Shown here: positions 40,385 through 55,100 of the stretch, in pieces | Position numbering within the stretch: the stretch's first letter is position 1 | Layout of the letters: every line of letters starts with the position of its first letter | From: Paramecium tetraurelia | Taxonomy: Eukaryota | DNA length: 64,000 nt | Direction: 5' to 3' | Assembly: GCA_000165425.1 (NCBI GenBank) | Contig: CT868108.1 | Span: forward strand, 248,001-312,000 | Notes under the pieces: generated by a model | What the model was told of the DNA's origin: nothing | The model's input: only the letters and a program-made list of their open reading frames with translations | Databases searched by the model: none | Position numbers and translations under genes: made by a program

Positions 40385-42501
40385 ATGATAAATTTATTAA
40401 AGAGAGCTGATTTATTAGTAACTCCTTATGAGTTCAATGTCAATCAAAGACAAAAATCCTTAACAGTTATTGGTATGTACAATTTGTTATACGAGGTGGA
40501 GTGCTTTCAATATTGGTTGGGATATTTAGTATAATTTACATGATTGGAGTCATTTAAAAAGCACTTTCAGATTAAGAAACTGTTTATGTTGGTACCTAGA
40601 GTACAATTTATAATTAATCATTTATAAACAGCAATAACACTATATTTGCCTTTGAGGTTTCAGATTAAAATGGAAATATATTTGAAAATATATCTGAAAT
40701 TCAATAGTATATATATAGTAAATATTAGATACATTCAAATAAATGTTTAGTATGTAGAATAACGGAGGAATGCTTCTAAAATAGGATATGAAAGAAATTC
40801 AACTAATCTAAAGTTAAAAAAGTGTGAAACTACCACAGTTGAAAAATTTAATTTTGATGTAATTACTATCTCAAATTCTTAAAAACAAAATCTTTAATGT
40901 GCGGATGGGGAATATATAATCACAGGATAATACTTTGATGCTTACTTTTCATATTTGAAGGTTTAAGTCAAAGGGTGTAAAAATACCACCGATATCAATT
41001 GCAAACCATTAGACGAAATCTAATCATTTGTAAAAAGCGGGTAATATAGTTATTTATTGGTGTAGAGTCAATGTAGATTTGTTTATAAAAGGATCAAGAC
41101 TTAGATAATAATTCAATCTTTCATCTCCTGTAGAAGCATATCCAACTAATATCTTTTGGAAATTAGTGCTTGGAATGTCCAACAATGAAGATATTTTTAT
41201 TATGCCTTTTTCCATGGATTTAAGTAATGTATATATCAATTATAAGAAAGCAATTCAATATTTTATGATTTAATGAATATAAAATTGGAAGAAACATTAT
41301 TTTAAACTACTACTTTTAATAAATAGGAAAGAAGATTAGAACCTATAGAATTTACAGAAGGATCAACACTGTGTTCTTTTTATATAAGATCCTCCCCTGA
41401 AAATTAATATTATTTTATTACTCAATCGGATCTCTTTACTATTTTTAGTTCTTCATTATCTGAAGCTACCGCCCTAGCAGTTGCCATAATGAGTTTCCTC
41501 AAGATCTTTTATCATAGTTATAATCAACATAAAACCTTTGCAGTTCTTATGAACTCAGTTTTTAAATTTGATTTAGAGAGTGTCAAAAAAAAGAGATAAT
41601 CTTCTATTTATTAGTCTGATTAATCAGGAACTATATTTTAATAAAGAACTTCAACTACTCCTATAAAAACAGGATAATTACAACAAGTATGAGTAATTAT
41701 AAATTAGATATTAAATTTTGAAATATCCTATTCTTTTATCTAGTACATGAAATATTTAATTTACAAATGGTTCAGATCAATATAACGTTATAATTTCTTT
41801 AAAACTGAAAAAGAAATCATCATATCTTAGATAGCAAAATCAAAAATTCAATATGATTTAGATCTAACAAATATTCTTAAGAAACTCTATGAGATTGACT
41901 GCTTGAAATTATTCTTTTTTGATGATGATTAATTAGTTTTATTTAATACATTCTGTTCTCCAGTTTTTCAAGATGGAATGGCTAACTAAAAGGATTTATT
42001 CGATATTCTAACAAATTAACAATAATAATCAAAGAAACTGCTATCCAATTCATAATTATCTGAAAAAGATAAAAGATTAGACTTGACTTTTGTAGCTAGT
42101 TCAGAGAGTATATTTATTAAATACGATTGTTAGTACCAATTAATGTTCGTTTAGCAAAAGTAGCTAGATTTTTTAAGGCTTAATTAGGAGCTTCAAATGC
42201 AGAAGGATTGGTTCGAACCTTTCAGAGAATCAACGAGAATCTAAATTAGAACTCAGCTCTGAACTAGAAGTTATTAAGCTTTGCCAAATAGAATTCTAGT
42301 CTATTTCGTTTGGTTTAGAGTTAATATGAGGGCATCTAACAAAAGTAACTTTAAAATCAAGTTCCAGACGAAATTAATAGTTAAGAGAAGTAGAATTCAG
42401 GGGGAAAAGATTCAGCTTGGAGTATGGAAGTTCAGAGTTATTAATTGGAGAGTGCTAAAAGACCGAATGAACCGGAAGAATAGAATATATAATAGGATTG
42501 A
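40385..42501 (+). CDS. Ciliate-type two-TM membrane protein, paralog B
   Basis: KRADLLVTPYEFN, SEATAL, YNQHKTF...MNSVFKFDL, DLTNILKKLYEIDCLKLFFFDDDQL and PINVRLAK shared with 33839-35997. Confidence 0.75.
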
Positions 42502-42783
42502 TATAAGTATCAAAATTTATTTATTATTGATTTAATTTTAGATTTTTTAAGATTAATTCTAATATTTTAGATTGCTTATCAAGTATAAATTAACAAAGTT
42601 TGTAACTCATAATTAAAGTACATAAATTTATCTATTGAGAGCAATATTAAAATGAGATTCTTTCAATATTTCAATAGATTTCTATAATGAAATACATAGT
42701 ATACCTAGTATGGAGTTCTAGTTAATCACAGTGATGACTGATCAAATTCTCCTTTTAATTTTTTAACGATCAATTATAAAATT

Positions 42784-45213
42784 ATGTTCTAAACAACCAG
42801 CAGCATTAATTCTTAGCAGTCTCCAAATCGATTTAAGTTCAAGTCCAAAGTTAGGTACCTTATTAGTAGAGATGTAGTTTTTTTAATGACACTATGGTGC
42901 CAGCAATGACAACAAAAATTACTTTGTAATACAAGGAGTTTTTAAGAAATTTGATCTCGTGTATTCAAGAGAAGGCCTCCTTTGTGAATTTTCCTGAGTT
43001 TGATTAACTTAAGTCATAGCAGATAGCAGTTTCCATATAGAGTTGTTATAATCCAAAATTTAAGAGTACAGGTGTAGATGAAACAAAGGAAGCATTTTAA
43101 GACTTATTGGATGAGATAAAACAAACTATCAATAGAAAGTAAAATTTTATTGTATATTTAATAGGTATCCTTTCATAAAAGTATTTCGACAACAAATAAG
43201 TCATCCTGATCACTACCTATAAATCCAACTCTATCAACCTGAAGTCCATTCAGTTGTATTGTATTCTAGGTAATTTTCAAAAAGAGCAAATCACTCCTAA
43301 ATTAATAGCTGATTTAGTATGGCTCCATCTAAGAAAGTTTAATTTAACAGTCAATGTTGATTGTCCAATCAAGAAACGTCGTTCCTGTTTGTGAAGAGGG
43401 GATGTAAAAGAAACATTTTAGAGGGACTTTAAGTGACTGTCCGTTAGAGAGAGGCTCCAACATTATAATCAGCATAAACTCCTACAAAATAAATTGTCAT
43501 AAGAACCTCATTTTGTTAATAAGGGAGTGCTTAAAAAAGTGGATCTAAATTAGATATTTACAAGAGTACAGAAAACATAAGAGATATGGAGAAATCAGTA
43601 AGAGTTTATTTTTCGCCAACTAAATCTTAAGCATGGATGAGTCAAACTAATGTCTCCTAAATAGATTTATCAGGATAAAAGCAGAGAGCCTAATCACCTG
43701 AGAAAAAATTCACTGTTAAATTGTTCAGTCAAACAGTTCCAATAAGTTGTTTTGATGAAGCCAAATTTATTGATTTAGTTTAATAAGTCAATGCTTATGA
43801 AATAGAAATTAACTGGTAATTGCATTTAAACAACGAAAACTCAATTAAATGTTGATGAACTCCTTGACGATAATACAGACACTGTGTATGTTTCTACTAG
43901 AGTAGAAAGAAATGATGTGATCAAATGCATTGTCAAAGCTCCCGAGGATGCTACTGTTAATGTGACTAAGAGTATTACGGAGACATTGACTTTTGATATA
44001 AATGAATAAGCTTTTGTATTCTATGGAAGAGACAAATAAGAATATCTAATTGATGTGAGTAAAAAGGATTGTTTCTCCTAAAAGAGAACAGTATTTTTAT
44101 AAGGGAATGCTGATGTGAAAATTGAATTTGATTTAGTTAGTTGTGTTGAAACCACCTTGTAATTTAGAGCCTACAATATTCTCTTAAGAAGTGGATCGCA
44201 CAAAGATATTGAGAATTGCAGACTAGAAATATTTTAATCTGATTAAGCAGATCAAGAACCTATAGTAGGCATGACCAACGATTAAGGATTCTATAGTTGT
44301 CCAGGATTGATGTTTAAATAAGTGAGAGTACATGCATAAAGAAAAGGATTCTTGTAAGTATCATATGATTTTGACGTGCTTGCTAATTCTACAGGGTAGT
44401 TACTAAATATTCCTATGATCCCAGACTATTATAGTCTTATTAATCAATATCATATTCTGATATATGTTCCAAATAAGAATAACTTTTAATTAGACTTCGC
44501 ACTTGTTTGTCCAGGTACTTTATTAATTCTATTATTAAAGATGGCACAAAAATAGATTCTAAAAATAGACAGCATAATGTGATGAAGTCAAAATTGGAGA
44601 TAAATAGAATTAATTAGTCGACAATGTTATGGAATTTTTCTGTTCATGTTTAATCCCTAAATCCATTTTTACCTGACAATTGTTTCCAGTTCTTCATTAA
44701 TAATTAAAAGCCTAAACGCACTCTACTTTGTTAAGAGCCATTGTCACCTTAATGCAAGGAAAATGGAGTTAGCAGTGCTGCAAAAGCATCGTGTTTCAAG
44801 ACTGTTAATTTGAATGAGATGTTCCTAAAAACAAGAGTTATGTAAACAGAAATTAAGACATTTGTGAGATAGGAGAGTGATGTAATAGCTTAAAAGATCA
44901 ATAACTATTGTGCAGAGGAATCTGTTAGAATATTTGTTACTTTTGGACACAAAGTGTTGGAGACATTCATGATTTAGAGCAATTTATTAATGCATAATGA
45001 GAAATGCTTTGGAGTGATTGATTGTAAGATTTCATATTTATTATTCAAGTGGATAAGAGGTCATTTATTAGAGATAACGAAGTGAGTTAACAAAATATTA
45101 AAAGAAATCTTTCAAAGATGCCCACATTCAAGAGAGACTAAAAGGGAGGGAATGAGGATAGAACTATGACTACAATTTTATCCCACATCACAAATTAAAG
45201 ATTTTAGGAATGA
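42784..45213 (+). CDS. Hypothetical protein with a carboxypeptidase-regulatory-like beta domain
   Basis: Q/S-rich N-terminus; IENCRLEIF...IVGMTNDQGFYSCPGL...VRVHAQRKGF; TGA 45211-45213. Confidence 0.55.
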
Positions 45214-45259
45214 GATTTATATTATAAATTTACTATTAATATTATTTGAATGTTTAATA

Positions 45260-45818
45260 TCAATCACTTGATCGGGAATGAGAACTCGAGGAACTCTTTC
45301 TCCTTTTTTTCTTAGACTTTTTCTTTTCACTACTGGAGGAAGAGCTGGAAGATCTATGCTTTGGATGTTTTTTTTTCTTTTTTGAATGGCGCCTAATGTC
45401 ACATGTTCTTATACCTGGAGTCAGAGTAGGAGCGTCGATTCAAACGACAATTGCGGGCACTAAAAAGAATGATGAGAATAAATACAAATGCCCCTATTTA
45501 CCACATTGATAACATGCACCATCTTTTTTCTTTGCTCGTGCTAACTCGACAATTAGATTTCTTCCATTGAAGTCTTGCATATTCATTAATCTAACTGCAT
45601 CAGATGCGTCCTCAGGCTTGGCATAAGCCTGTACCCTAAATGCCAAACGGTCCATGTCTTACGATGAAACAAAATCGCCCTTTCCAAGAAAATTCTTGAA
45701 TTTCGCCATGTCTAGCAAAAGCGTTCTTAATTTCCATTTCAGATTCTTTAGCAGAGTATCCTGTCACATAAATTCGATTGGCTTCCTCTTTTTTATGCGA
45801 TCCTGAATCTGATGACAT
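45260..45818 (-). CDS. SR-type splicing factor (RRM + CCHC knuckle + basic S/K/R tail; SRSF7/RSZ-like)
   Basis: RIYVTGY...FARHGEI...RFCFIAYAKPEDASDAVRLMN...GRNLIVELA; CYQCGKQGHFARNC; three micro-introns. Confidence 0.88.
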
Positions 45819-46111
45819 ATTTTTTAAATTATTTAATTTAATGAATGATGGTTAGATTAAAATACTCAAATAGAAGCATTTTATAAATATATACATAAGG
45901 TATAATTTAATAAATAGAATTCCTCTAACTCAAAAATAATATTTCATTAAATCTCTTCTATTCTATGGTATTTAAAGTGAAGGATCTCAAGTATATAGAT
46001 GGGGGCATTGAGTTCGTAATATAAAATGATTTAGATAAAGAAGTGTATTTCATTCTTGTACATTAATCTAAATACCTGTTCAGAATGTATCAGAGGTAAT
46101 TATTTAATTTA

Positions 46112-49100
46112 ATGTTCTTTTCACATTTAACACCACATACAGTGGCATCGCTTTAAGGCACAAGAATTTAGCAGCTGCATCCAGCAAAAGACTCCAGTGG
46201 TTTAGCAATTGCAAATGTATGCTTCAGCGAAGGCGTTCATTATTGGGAAATCGTATGCCCTTTTAATACGGATGGAGTGAAAGTAAGGCGTAGTCCTAAT
46301 TGCAGATTGGCATATCCAAATAGTAATCTCCAAGCGAAAACTTTGAGGGACACCTATTCGAATTTAAAACGACAACTCAGAGAGTAGTGGGTGTGCTTCT
46401 CAATTTCAACGAGTAATCACTGTAATTCTACTTGAATGGCAATCTGAGTACTAACAAAGGCATACCAAAGGGCAGTCTGATTTCATGTCCTTGGTACCCT
46501 TGTGTTAGATTATCGCAATTTGGCAATTCGGTGTATTTGACAATGAAGTATGAGGATCGCAGTGTCGTAGAGCATTGCGAATAAGTTCAGCTTGAGACCT
46601 AGTAATCGTAGCATCCAAATCCCTTCTTCTTGATTAATAAGTATCTATAATATGATATAGATAGAAATGAAATTCATCAATTGCAAGATCGATTAGTGTC
46701 AGTTCGAAATTGTCCTTTGGTTGGATAACAGATTCCTAAGGCAGATTTAGATGTACTAATAAAGATGAAGTTGGTGATCTGCGATTATCATGACCAGAAT
46801 GAGATAGTATATTTAATTTTGAATGAAGAAACATCACAAAAACTTAAAAGGGTAAGACAATATTTAAAACATCATGTGAGGAAGTTGAAGGAGAAATTTG
46901 AGAGCAAACCATAGGAGAAGGAAAAAGATTAATTGTTGCAGGAGATCACATAGATGTTGCCAAATAACGAGGAAATAGTGTAGGAAGAAAAAAAGGATGA
47001 ATTTGAATACAAATATTCAATAGAACTATGCAGAATAGCCGATAGAATAATTGTTTAATTGATAGAATAATTTGAAGAGGTCAGAAGTATTGAATCTGCT
47101 AAGATGAGATTGTAAACATTTGTTGATCATCCTGCTACAGATAATCCATTTAAAGTTGTTGAATATGGAAAATACTTACAACCAGGTTCAGGAGTCAAGT
47201 ATGCATATTGTGATAATGACATCAACAACAATGGAACCAAACATTCGAAATTAATATTGCGAAGTGAAATACCTGCATAAGGCTAAATAATCCCATGCAA
47301 AAGTGATCGCTATTTCTCATTGAGGAATTAAGATCGATTAACCATTTACAATGGAGAAGCAGAACTATTCAAAGTCATTGATGTAGATTTGAGACAATTG
47401 GGACCATATCAAAAAAATATCAAGGTAATAGATGTCCAATAGGAGGAAACACCCAGTCACATATATAAAATATTGGAAAATTATATTATTGGGGAAACCG
47501 AACAATTGCCATTATATGATCAAACAATACTTGAGAAGTTGATCAGAATGGGTTTTGAGGAATCAGATTGCAAAGAGGCACTTATACAGACTAATAACAA
47601 TTTTGACAAAGCACTCGACATTGTAAGTAGAACCACTGGAGAATGGCAATGCAAATTCTGTACTTTGGTCAATAAAGAAACCAATCAAATTTGCGAGGCT
47701 TGTGAAGGTCCAAGACCAGATGATTCATAGGAAGAAGAATTTCTTATTAAATAACCATTGCAAATTTAATAAGATTTGGTGGAAGTGGATTAAAAGGAAG
47801 AAATTCATTAGGAATTTAAAGATAAAATCACTGAAAGCACTATCAATCATGTCTCAGTTATTCATTGGGATAGTAATAATACAACATTTCCAATATTAGT
47901 GGCAAGTGTTCATAATAAAAATATACTCTCTATTAAATTCATATCATATTCCTAAAATTATTTGGATCAATTTTTTATAAATGAGGATGGCTATTATTGT
48001 GTATTAACAAATTGTTGGAGCAAAAACAAGGATTACTCATTATTATTGCAATCTGAAACAAGTCGATAAATAGTTGAGACTCTGGCTCCTCTGTATAGTA
48101 AACATTGCAAAAAGTTAGAGATGAATCTAGTTGATCATAAAGCAATTCAATTAGAATATGAGATTAAAGCTATTGATAGTGCTATTTGGAATAATAGACT
48201 CTATGTTTTTTTGATGGGTGACTAAGCATTAAACATTTATGAAATCACTTAAAACTCTAAAATTGAACTTTAGAAATAGATCTTCATCGGATCTGATTAC
48301 AATCTCCTCATTTCCAAAACCAAATGTCTAATTTATAGTCAGTCAAAAAATTTGATTATCAATTCTCAATTAAATGTCTCTGAAATATAAGAACCAATTT
48401 CAAATGCATATATTAAAGATAATATCATCTGCTATGAAAGTAACACCCAACACAAGTAAATTGAAGACAACTCTGAAATCTTAGAGAATAATATTATTCA
48501 AAGTGAGGAAGTGTAGATCTTCTAAACTGTTACTGATGATGTTCACAGTTAGAAATTCTAAATTGCTGATAATTACACTCACATCCACGTCAAAGCTGTT
48601 TTTGAAGGACCCATTGAAGAACCCAAATAAATTCCATTAATGAACAGTCCCTTAACAGTGAGTGATCCTTAAAAATTACCTTTAACTGTCCATTCATTCA
48701 AAGGTGCCTCCTTTAATGATTAAACTTTTGTTACTTAAATGCTCTTTGATAGTAATAAACCCTTCTCAAGCAATTATCCAAACACTTAATTTATATTCAG
48801 AAGTCAATTTGATGAAATTATGCTCGTGGACCATGTTAGAGTTAAAAGTGAGATCACCAATGTCTTCAGAGGATTCCCCATTGGAACTGGATTGATCTTT
48901 ACTTCAAAAGAAGAGCATGAGTTGAATGACACTTCAGAATTTGATTATTTTGATAAACAACAATATGAAAAATGGAAATCAACTCATTAAAGTCTCTTTG
49001 CAAATCAACCAGTAGGGTACTTTGAATTTGAAGGAGACTCAAAAGAGGCTCTATGCAAATTGGAAGTTATACGACCATGCAAATATTTAATGCTTAAACC

Positions 49101-52100
49101 AACGAACTTTAGAAAAACACCTCATGATCATACAGCACATATTTAAACTAACTCCGTTGAAATCAAAGGTTTTGCTGCTTACGGAATTGAAATTCCCAAG
49201 AGTTAAATTGAAAATTCAACTTTTGGTACAATCTCAGACTGCTAATTATTAACCTAACTTAGAAAACGAATTGATCTACCAGATAAATTGATTGTTTAAT
49301 GTTAATATTAAGGAATAAATGGGTACCCAAGCAATGGTATTATTGAATTTGATACTGTATTTTCAGGAGATTTTATTATCAAACCATATGAAGATTAAGA
49401 ATATAAATTATTAAAGGTGACAGTGACAGGGAAAAAATATAATAATTTATATATCAATCAATTAGATAACCTAATAGAAGAGGTATATCAGAAAAAACCA
49501 GGGGCTTTGAGTGTTCTTAATTTATTCATGAAGAAAGAATCCAAAAAAGTATTAGAAATCATTAGTTTATCTAAATTTATTCTTGGAAATGTGTTGTCTT
49601 AGAATGTAAATGAATAAGTAACAGAATTCTTCAGACATCTCTAATAACACGATGAATTTCATGATATTTTATTGTAAGTGGCACAACAGATACTAAATAA
49701 GATTGAAAAAGTAGTTTTGACAGAAAGTGGTTTAGAATACTTTTTAGGATTGTTAACTTACACAGCCAAATTTAAAACACAAGAAATCACAGATCTGGCT
49801 ATAAAATCTTTATTGCTTGCTTTACAAAAGTTGAAAACAATTGAACACAAAGATATGTTCTTATTTTCAACCAAATACGGAGGTCCTCAAGGATAAGTTC
49901 AAATCTAAGAAATCGATGAAAAATAGATTGAATAGAATGGTAACTAGAAAACCTTGATATGCTAAAAGGATCCTCTGTCTTAGATTCTAATTATGCAATT
50001 GTCAAATAAGTAATAGATTAGGAGATTTGAAGTCAATCTTCTTGGAGAATTTGAAATTGAGAAATTGTCCTTAAGATTTCAATAGACATCCAATTCAGTC
50101 AAATTTAGAGTACAAGTTTGGGTAGACAATTTAGTATTAGATTAAGTTTATGATGAATGGACCTTTGTGTAATTCACTGATTATGTTCATAAGAGTGCTA
50201 ATTACAACAATTACAATTGCTTACACATTGGACTCAATAGAATTAGAGCTCGTAAATTATTGGTGCAATTAACTTTGGGAAGTGATAATTATTACTCTAA
50301 ATAATCAGTTTAGCTATAGATCCCATAGAATTACTTAACCATCATTCCAGAATTCTATGGATCTCTTTTGAATGCTGAATTAAGTCCATTAGAAATTACT
50401 GAAGATTTCAGATTTAAGAATACCTTATCATTAGGTGAATCCCTTTATTATGTCTATTAATCAGATAAATCTATACTCATGGACTCATACAATGTTTATA
50501 AAAAGACTGATTTAACTGATCATTACATAGTGATGTCAACTAAATCATTAAGGAGAAATGCTGATTATCTAGAACAAGCGATTTACAAATTGCAATCAGA
50601 AATGCAATTAAAAGAAAAAAGCAACCTACAAACAAATCACCTTTAAAATCTAATTGAATAAACTCAATTAGAATTTTTGAAAGTAGCACCCCCTAGAAAC
50701 TACGAAAACAATTCCAATTTCTTAACAGTATTCTCATCACTTCTGTTGAGAATGCTTATTGCTATCTCTGGCACAGTACCTGATGTATTAGAATTCATAA
50801 AACTTATCATATCACTGGGAGATATGAACGGAATTACTGATTTGGCTTTATAATTCATTCAAAAGAAAGTTAAAGACTAAATTCCTGAAGAACAATGGAA
50901 CGAATTGATTATAGGATAATTTACAAGTCAAAATGCTCTAAAGAAAAAGCTATTGCATTAATTGCCAATCCCAATATTGGAATCATTATAGAAATTAATT
51001 GAATTAAAAGATGATGTGCTTTATGACGCATTAGTAACACAACTATAGAGAATTCCACAGTAAAAATATACCGAAGATGGAAATCCAGATAATGAAAAGA
51101 TTTTAACTTTGATTTTTGAATTTCTTATCAATGATACTAAGTTTAGATTAAAGCTATTGTAAAATGCATTGCCAAAATGTACTGCTCTCTAAATAAAGAA
51201 TTCATTAAATGAAAAGATCCTAACAGATATATTTTCAAGGGGAATATCATAGCCAGAGAAATTCAAGTTTCTGTTGGAGATGCTCTTATAACCAAGACAA
51301 TTGGAAAGTAGATACACAGATTGGGCAGCTACACTATAATTGAGTGATCAAATAAATAAGACTTTATAAATTGAGAAGGATAGTTTGATCTATATATCAA
51401 AATACATAATATACTTCTGTTAAATCTACATAAAAGAAAATGTTGAAAAATTAAGCATTGATAATTTGTTATTGTTATTTGATTTTCTGACGAAGAGTGT
51501 AAAGAAGGTAAACAAATTGAAAACTAGAGAAACCAATAAACAGTTAACTGATTTTGAAGACTTTTTGTAAAGATAACACATTTAAATATGTTATCCAGAC
51601 ACAATAAATAGACTGATCCAATTATTAGAGAAATCAGAGAATTACCTAGCTTGGAATAAGGTATTGAAAGTGATATTGATGATAACACCTCAATTGCAGA
51701 ATGAACTACAAATTTATCAAAGGGTTATCCAATCATATTTAGGATGCAAATAGAAGTTGTTGATGAATGAGTTACTCTAATTCACTCTTAATTTAGCATA
51801 ATAATAAGTACAATAAAATCAGACATGTTCGCAAATTATCGATGCCTTATTACCACATCTGGGATTAAATGAAATAAACCATATCTTCATAGTATTCTCC
51901 TAAGATGTATAACACATCTACTTGAATAATGTTAATATTCTACTCAAATACATAGGCATGTATCTACCATATTAAGGAGGAAAGGATGGCATCATTAATG
52001 CTGACAGTCAAGTGATTCAATAACTAGAACTCTGTTAATCGATGATCTACTTACTAGTGCAAAGTGAGTAAACCTTACCATAACTAAAGGAGAGTCCGGA

Positions 52101-55100
52101 TTTGAATAATTTATTCGAATGGTTTTGTTTGAATTGTTATTCTGGAAAACAGATACATTCATATGCTGGCTAATTACTTGAGTGGATGAGTGAATCATTA
52201 GATTAACTCTTTGAATTGTTACCATGCAAATAATACATCTTAAAATAATTATTCAAATAGCAATACTACATAGATGATGTGATAACTAAACAGTATGAAA
52301 ATAATTAGATCACTTCATATACTGCATTTACATATACAACTCAGATTTTGGAAGTGATTCAATCACAATTTGATAAGTATTTAACTTCAGATGATGTTGC
52401 ATAGCAATTCTAATCAGATATCTATCATTACCTAATAAATAAGATCATATAGGAGAAACAAATTACATAGGTCTAATTTTTAGAAGAAGAATTTGGCAAT
52501 AAAATGAAGGTTTTCAATTTGCCAGGCCAAAATGTGTCTAATTAAGATTGGCCATTGCACAAGAAAGGAGCAAAGAGTAGATTAGCTCTTATTACTCTAC
52601 CCTAGGGAATGAGAAGTGAATATCAAATGGTCTTCTAATTCGATAATGAAATCGAAATCAAAAATATTAGATTGGGCATTTAAACATTTACTGCAGATTT
52701 TACAGACAAATAATTAGGTACTCCAAGCAGTATCTTACTAGAAGTAGGCAAATCACTAGAAGAACTATACCCAATTGCTGAAATGCAATTAGTAAATGAC
52801 GAGCATTATTCGCAATATTAAGTCAAAGTCTTTTGCTATAATTCTCAGGTCATGAATAAGTAACAATTACCTTCTGGACAATCTGTGAAATTCATAAGTT
52901 TCAGAATGAGATAACAATATGTGGAATAATTGGACACTACTAGAACTATGAAAAAGCTGTGTTTGGGTATCAGTTTTATTTCTGTTATTGGATACAGTGC
53001 AATTCGATAAAAGGTTGATTTCATTTACACATTGTAAGAGAAGACTGCAATCGAAATTCTATCCAAATTCTGTAAGCCCAATTATCAGAAGACATTACAA
53101 TAGTTAGCCAACGATTCCATAGTATTGGAATAACTCTAAAATAATATTGATAAGTTCATGAATGCTCTTAATTCCTATTCATTTTAATTAAGTCCTTTGA
53201 TTTTAGCAATTGCTAAATATAATCATCAGGTTGGAGATTGGCTTGTAATGAAGTTGATGGAATACCCTGAATAATCACATAGTAAATTACTAAGTCAAAT
53301 TATATTGGAAGGAGAACATGTTCATGAAAGATTCCTGAAATTACACAACCATCTATTTGAAAAACTCTTGGCTCTCCAAATTAACAATCATCAATAATAA
53401 GATCTATTGTGGTATGAAAAATTAGCTCAACATTTCATTGAATCTTATTGCAATGTTCTTTTATTACAAAATAGCAAATTGAAATAAAGAGAATTATCTT
53501 TAAATATTAATAAAAATGACATAATACATTTAATCGAATTGTTTTAATTGATGCATAACAAACACGCTAGACATTTGCTTATCAAACTAATAGTCACAAT
53601 CACTTATCTACCACATCCTTATTAATAAATTGAAGAAGTTGAATAGATCCTGTAATTCACTTTGGATAAGAGTAGAACCTAACCATATTTCCTTGAAGTT
53701 CTTGGACCCTTGTCATTGGGTAACAAAGTAAGTATTGGATGGATTGTGAATCAATTGGATTAAATTTTTGATAAATTTGATTTGAACTCTGTTATTCCAT
53801 TCTTTTATACTCTATCGACCAATAAAAAGATTGCTGATCATTTACTCAAATATCTTCTCCCTCTATATCATTTGTTAATAGAAGAACCGACAAGCAAGAC
53901 AATCTTGAAATAATTAGATGATAAAACAATTGAAACAGTGGCTAAATTCATAAGTTATATGGTATAGAAGTATCATGCAAAATTCATCATTGAAGCTTTG
54001 ATTCGAGATATTGGCAGATTGGAAGGAAATAAAGATATGAAGTTTGTGAGATCCTTGTTGGTTCCTATTTTGAACAGTGAAGATTATGTGTTTTTGAAGA
54101 TTCAATTTGAAGATCAAGGCAGATATATTTTGGACCCAAAGTTGATTGCTTAAAAAAGGATTGATAATACCTAAAAGTAAGACGAAGTAGTTTTTGAATC
54201 ACAATTACTAACAATAAAGTAAAAAGATTAATTGTTTGCTCATTTAACTGAAACCTATTGGAATAAGGTGGCTTATTAGAAAAATGATGGAGATTCTGAT
54301 ATTTTACCACACTTAGAAGATAAATTCTTTAATTCTACTCCCTAAATGATGGTTATTAACTATAAAATCAATAATACAGACAAAACTATTATTTTATATC
54401 ACAATGAGAAATGCATAAAATAAGACAAATCAGATTTAGCATACTCTTGGAATCAAGGGAAGTTGAAAGTATACTATTTCAATGAGAATAATTTAATTGT
54501 CAATGAGGAGATCGACCTGAATGCCTTCATTGAAATATATGATGAGTAAGGTACCTTAACCTTCTAAAATAATGATAAGGCGTTCTTAGAATTAGAATAT
54601 GTGGCAGGAGAACCCTCAAGAATCAATTTAACATCATTAAATCTAAAAGATTAGGGAATAATAGACAATTTAAAGATTGAATACTATGTCTCTGGAGTTA
54701 GACCTTAAAAATAAAAGAAAGCATTGCCATAAATCAATATCCCACAAGAGACTATCAGTTAAATATTCCCTAATTATGAGACTAATTAATCATTGTAATA
54801 CTATAGTGCTGTTCCAGTTTACTAATTGCCAAGTTAGCTAAAACTAAATGAATTGAAATAATTGATAGTTTTCAACAAGTATGGATTAAAATAGGAATGC
54901 AATATATTTGAAAAATAGACAAAATTGTGTGAGTTACCTACAAATGAACTAAATATTATTGAGCTAGAAGTCAATGCAAGAGACTTCATAGATAATATCC
55001 AACCCAAGACATTAACATTCACATATCCATAACAATTAACAATATTCCCCTTATTTGAAGAAATGAATGGGGTAAATGCTATGTTATCAGTAATTAGAGA

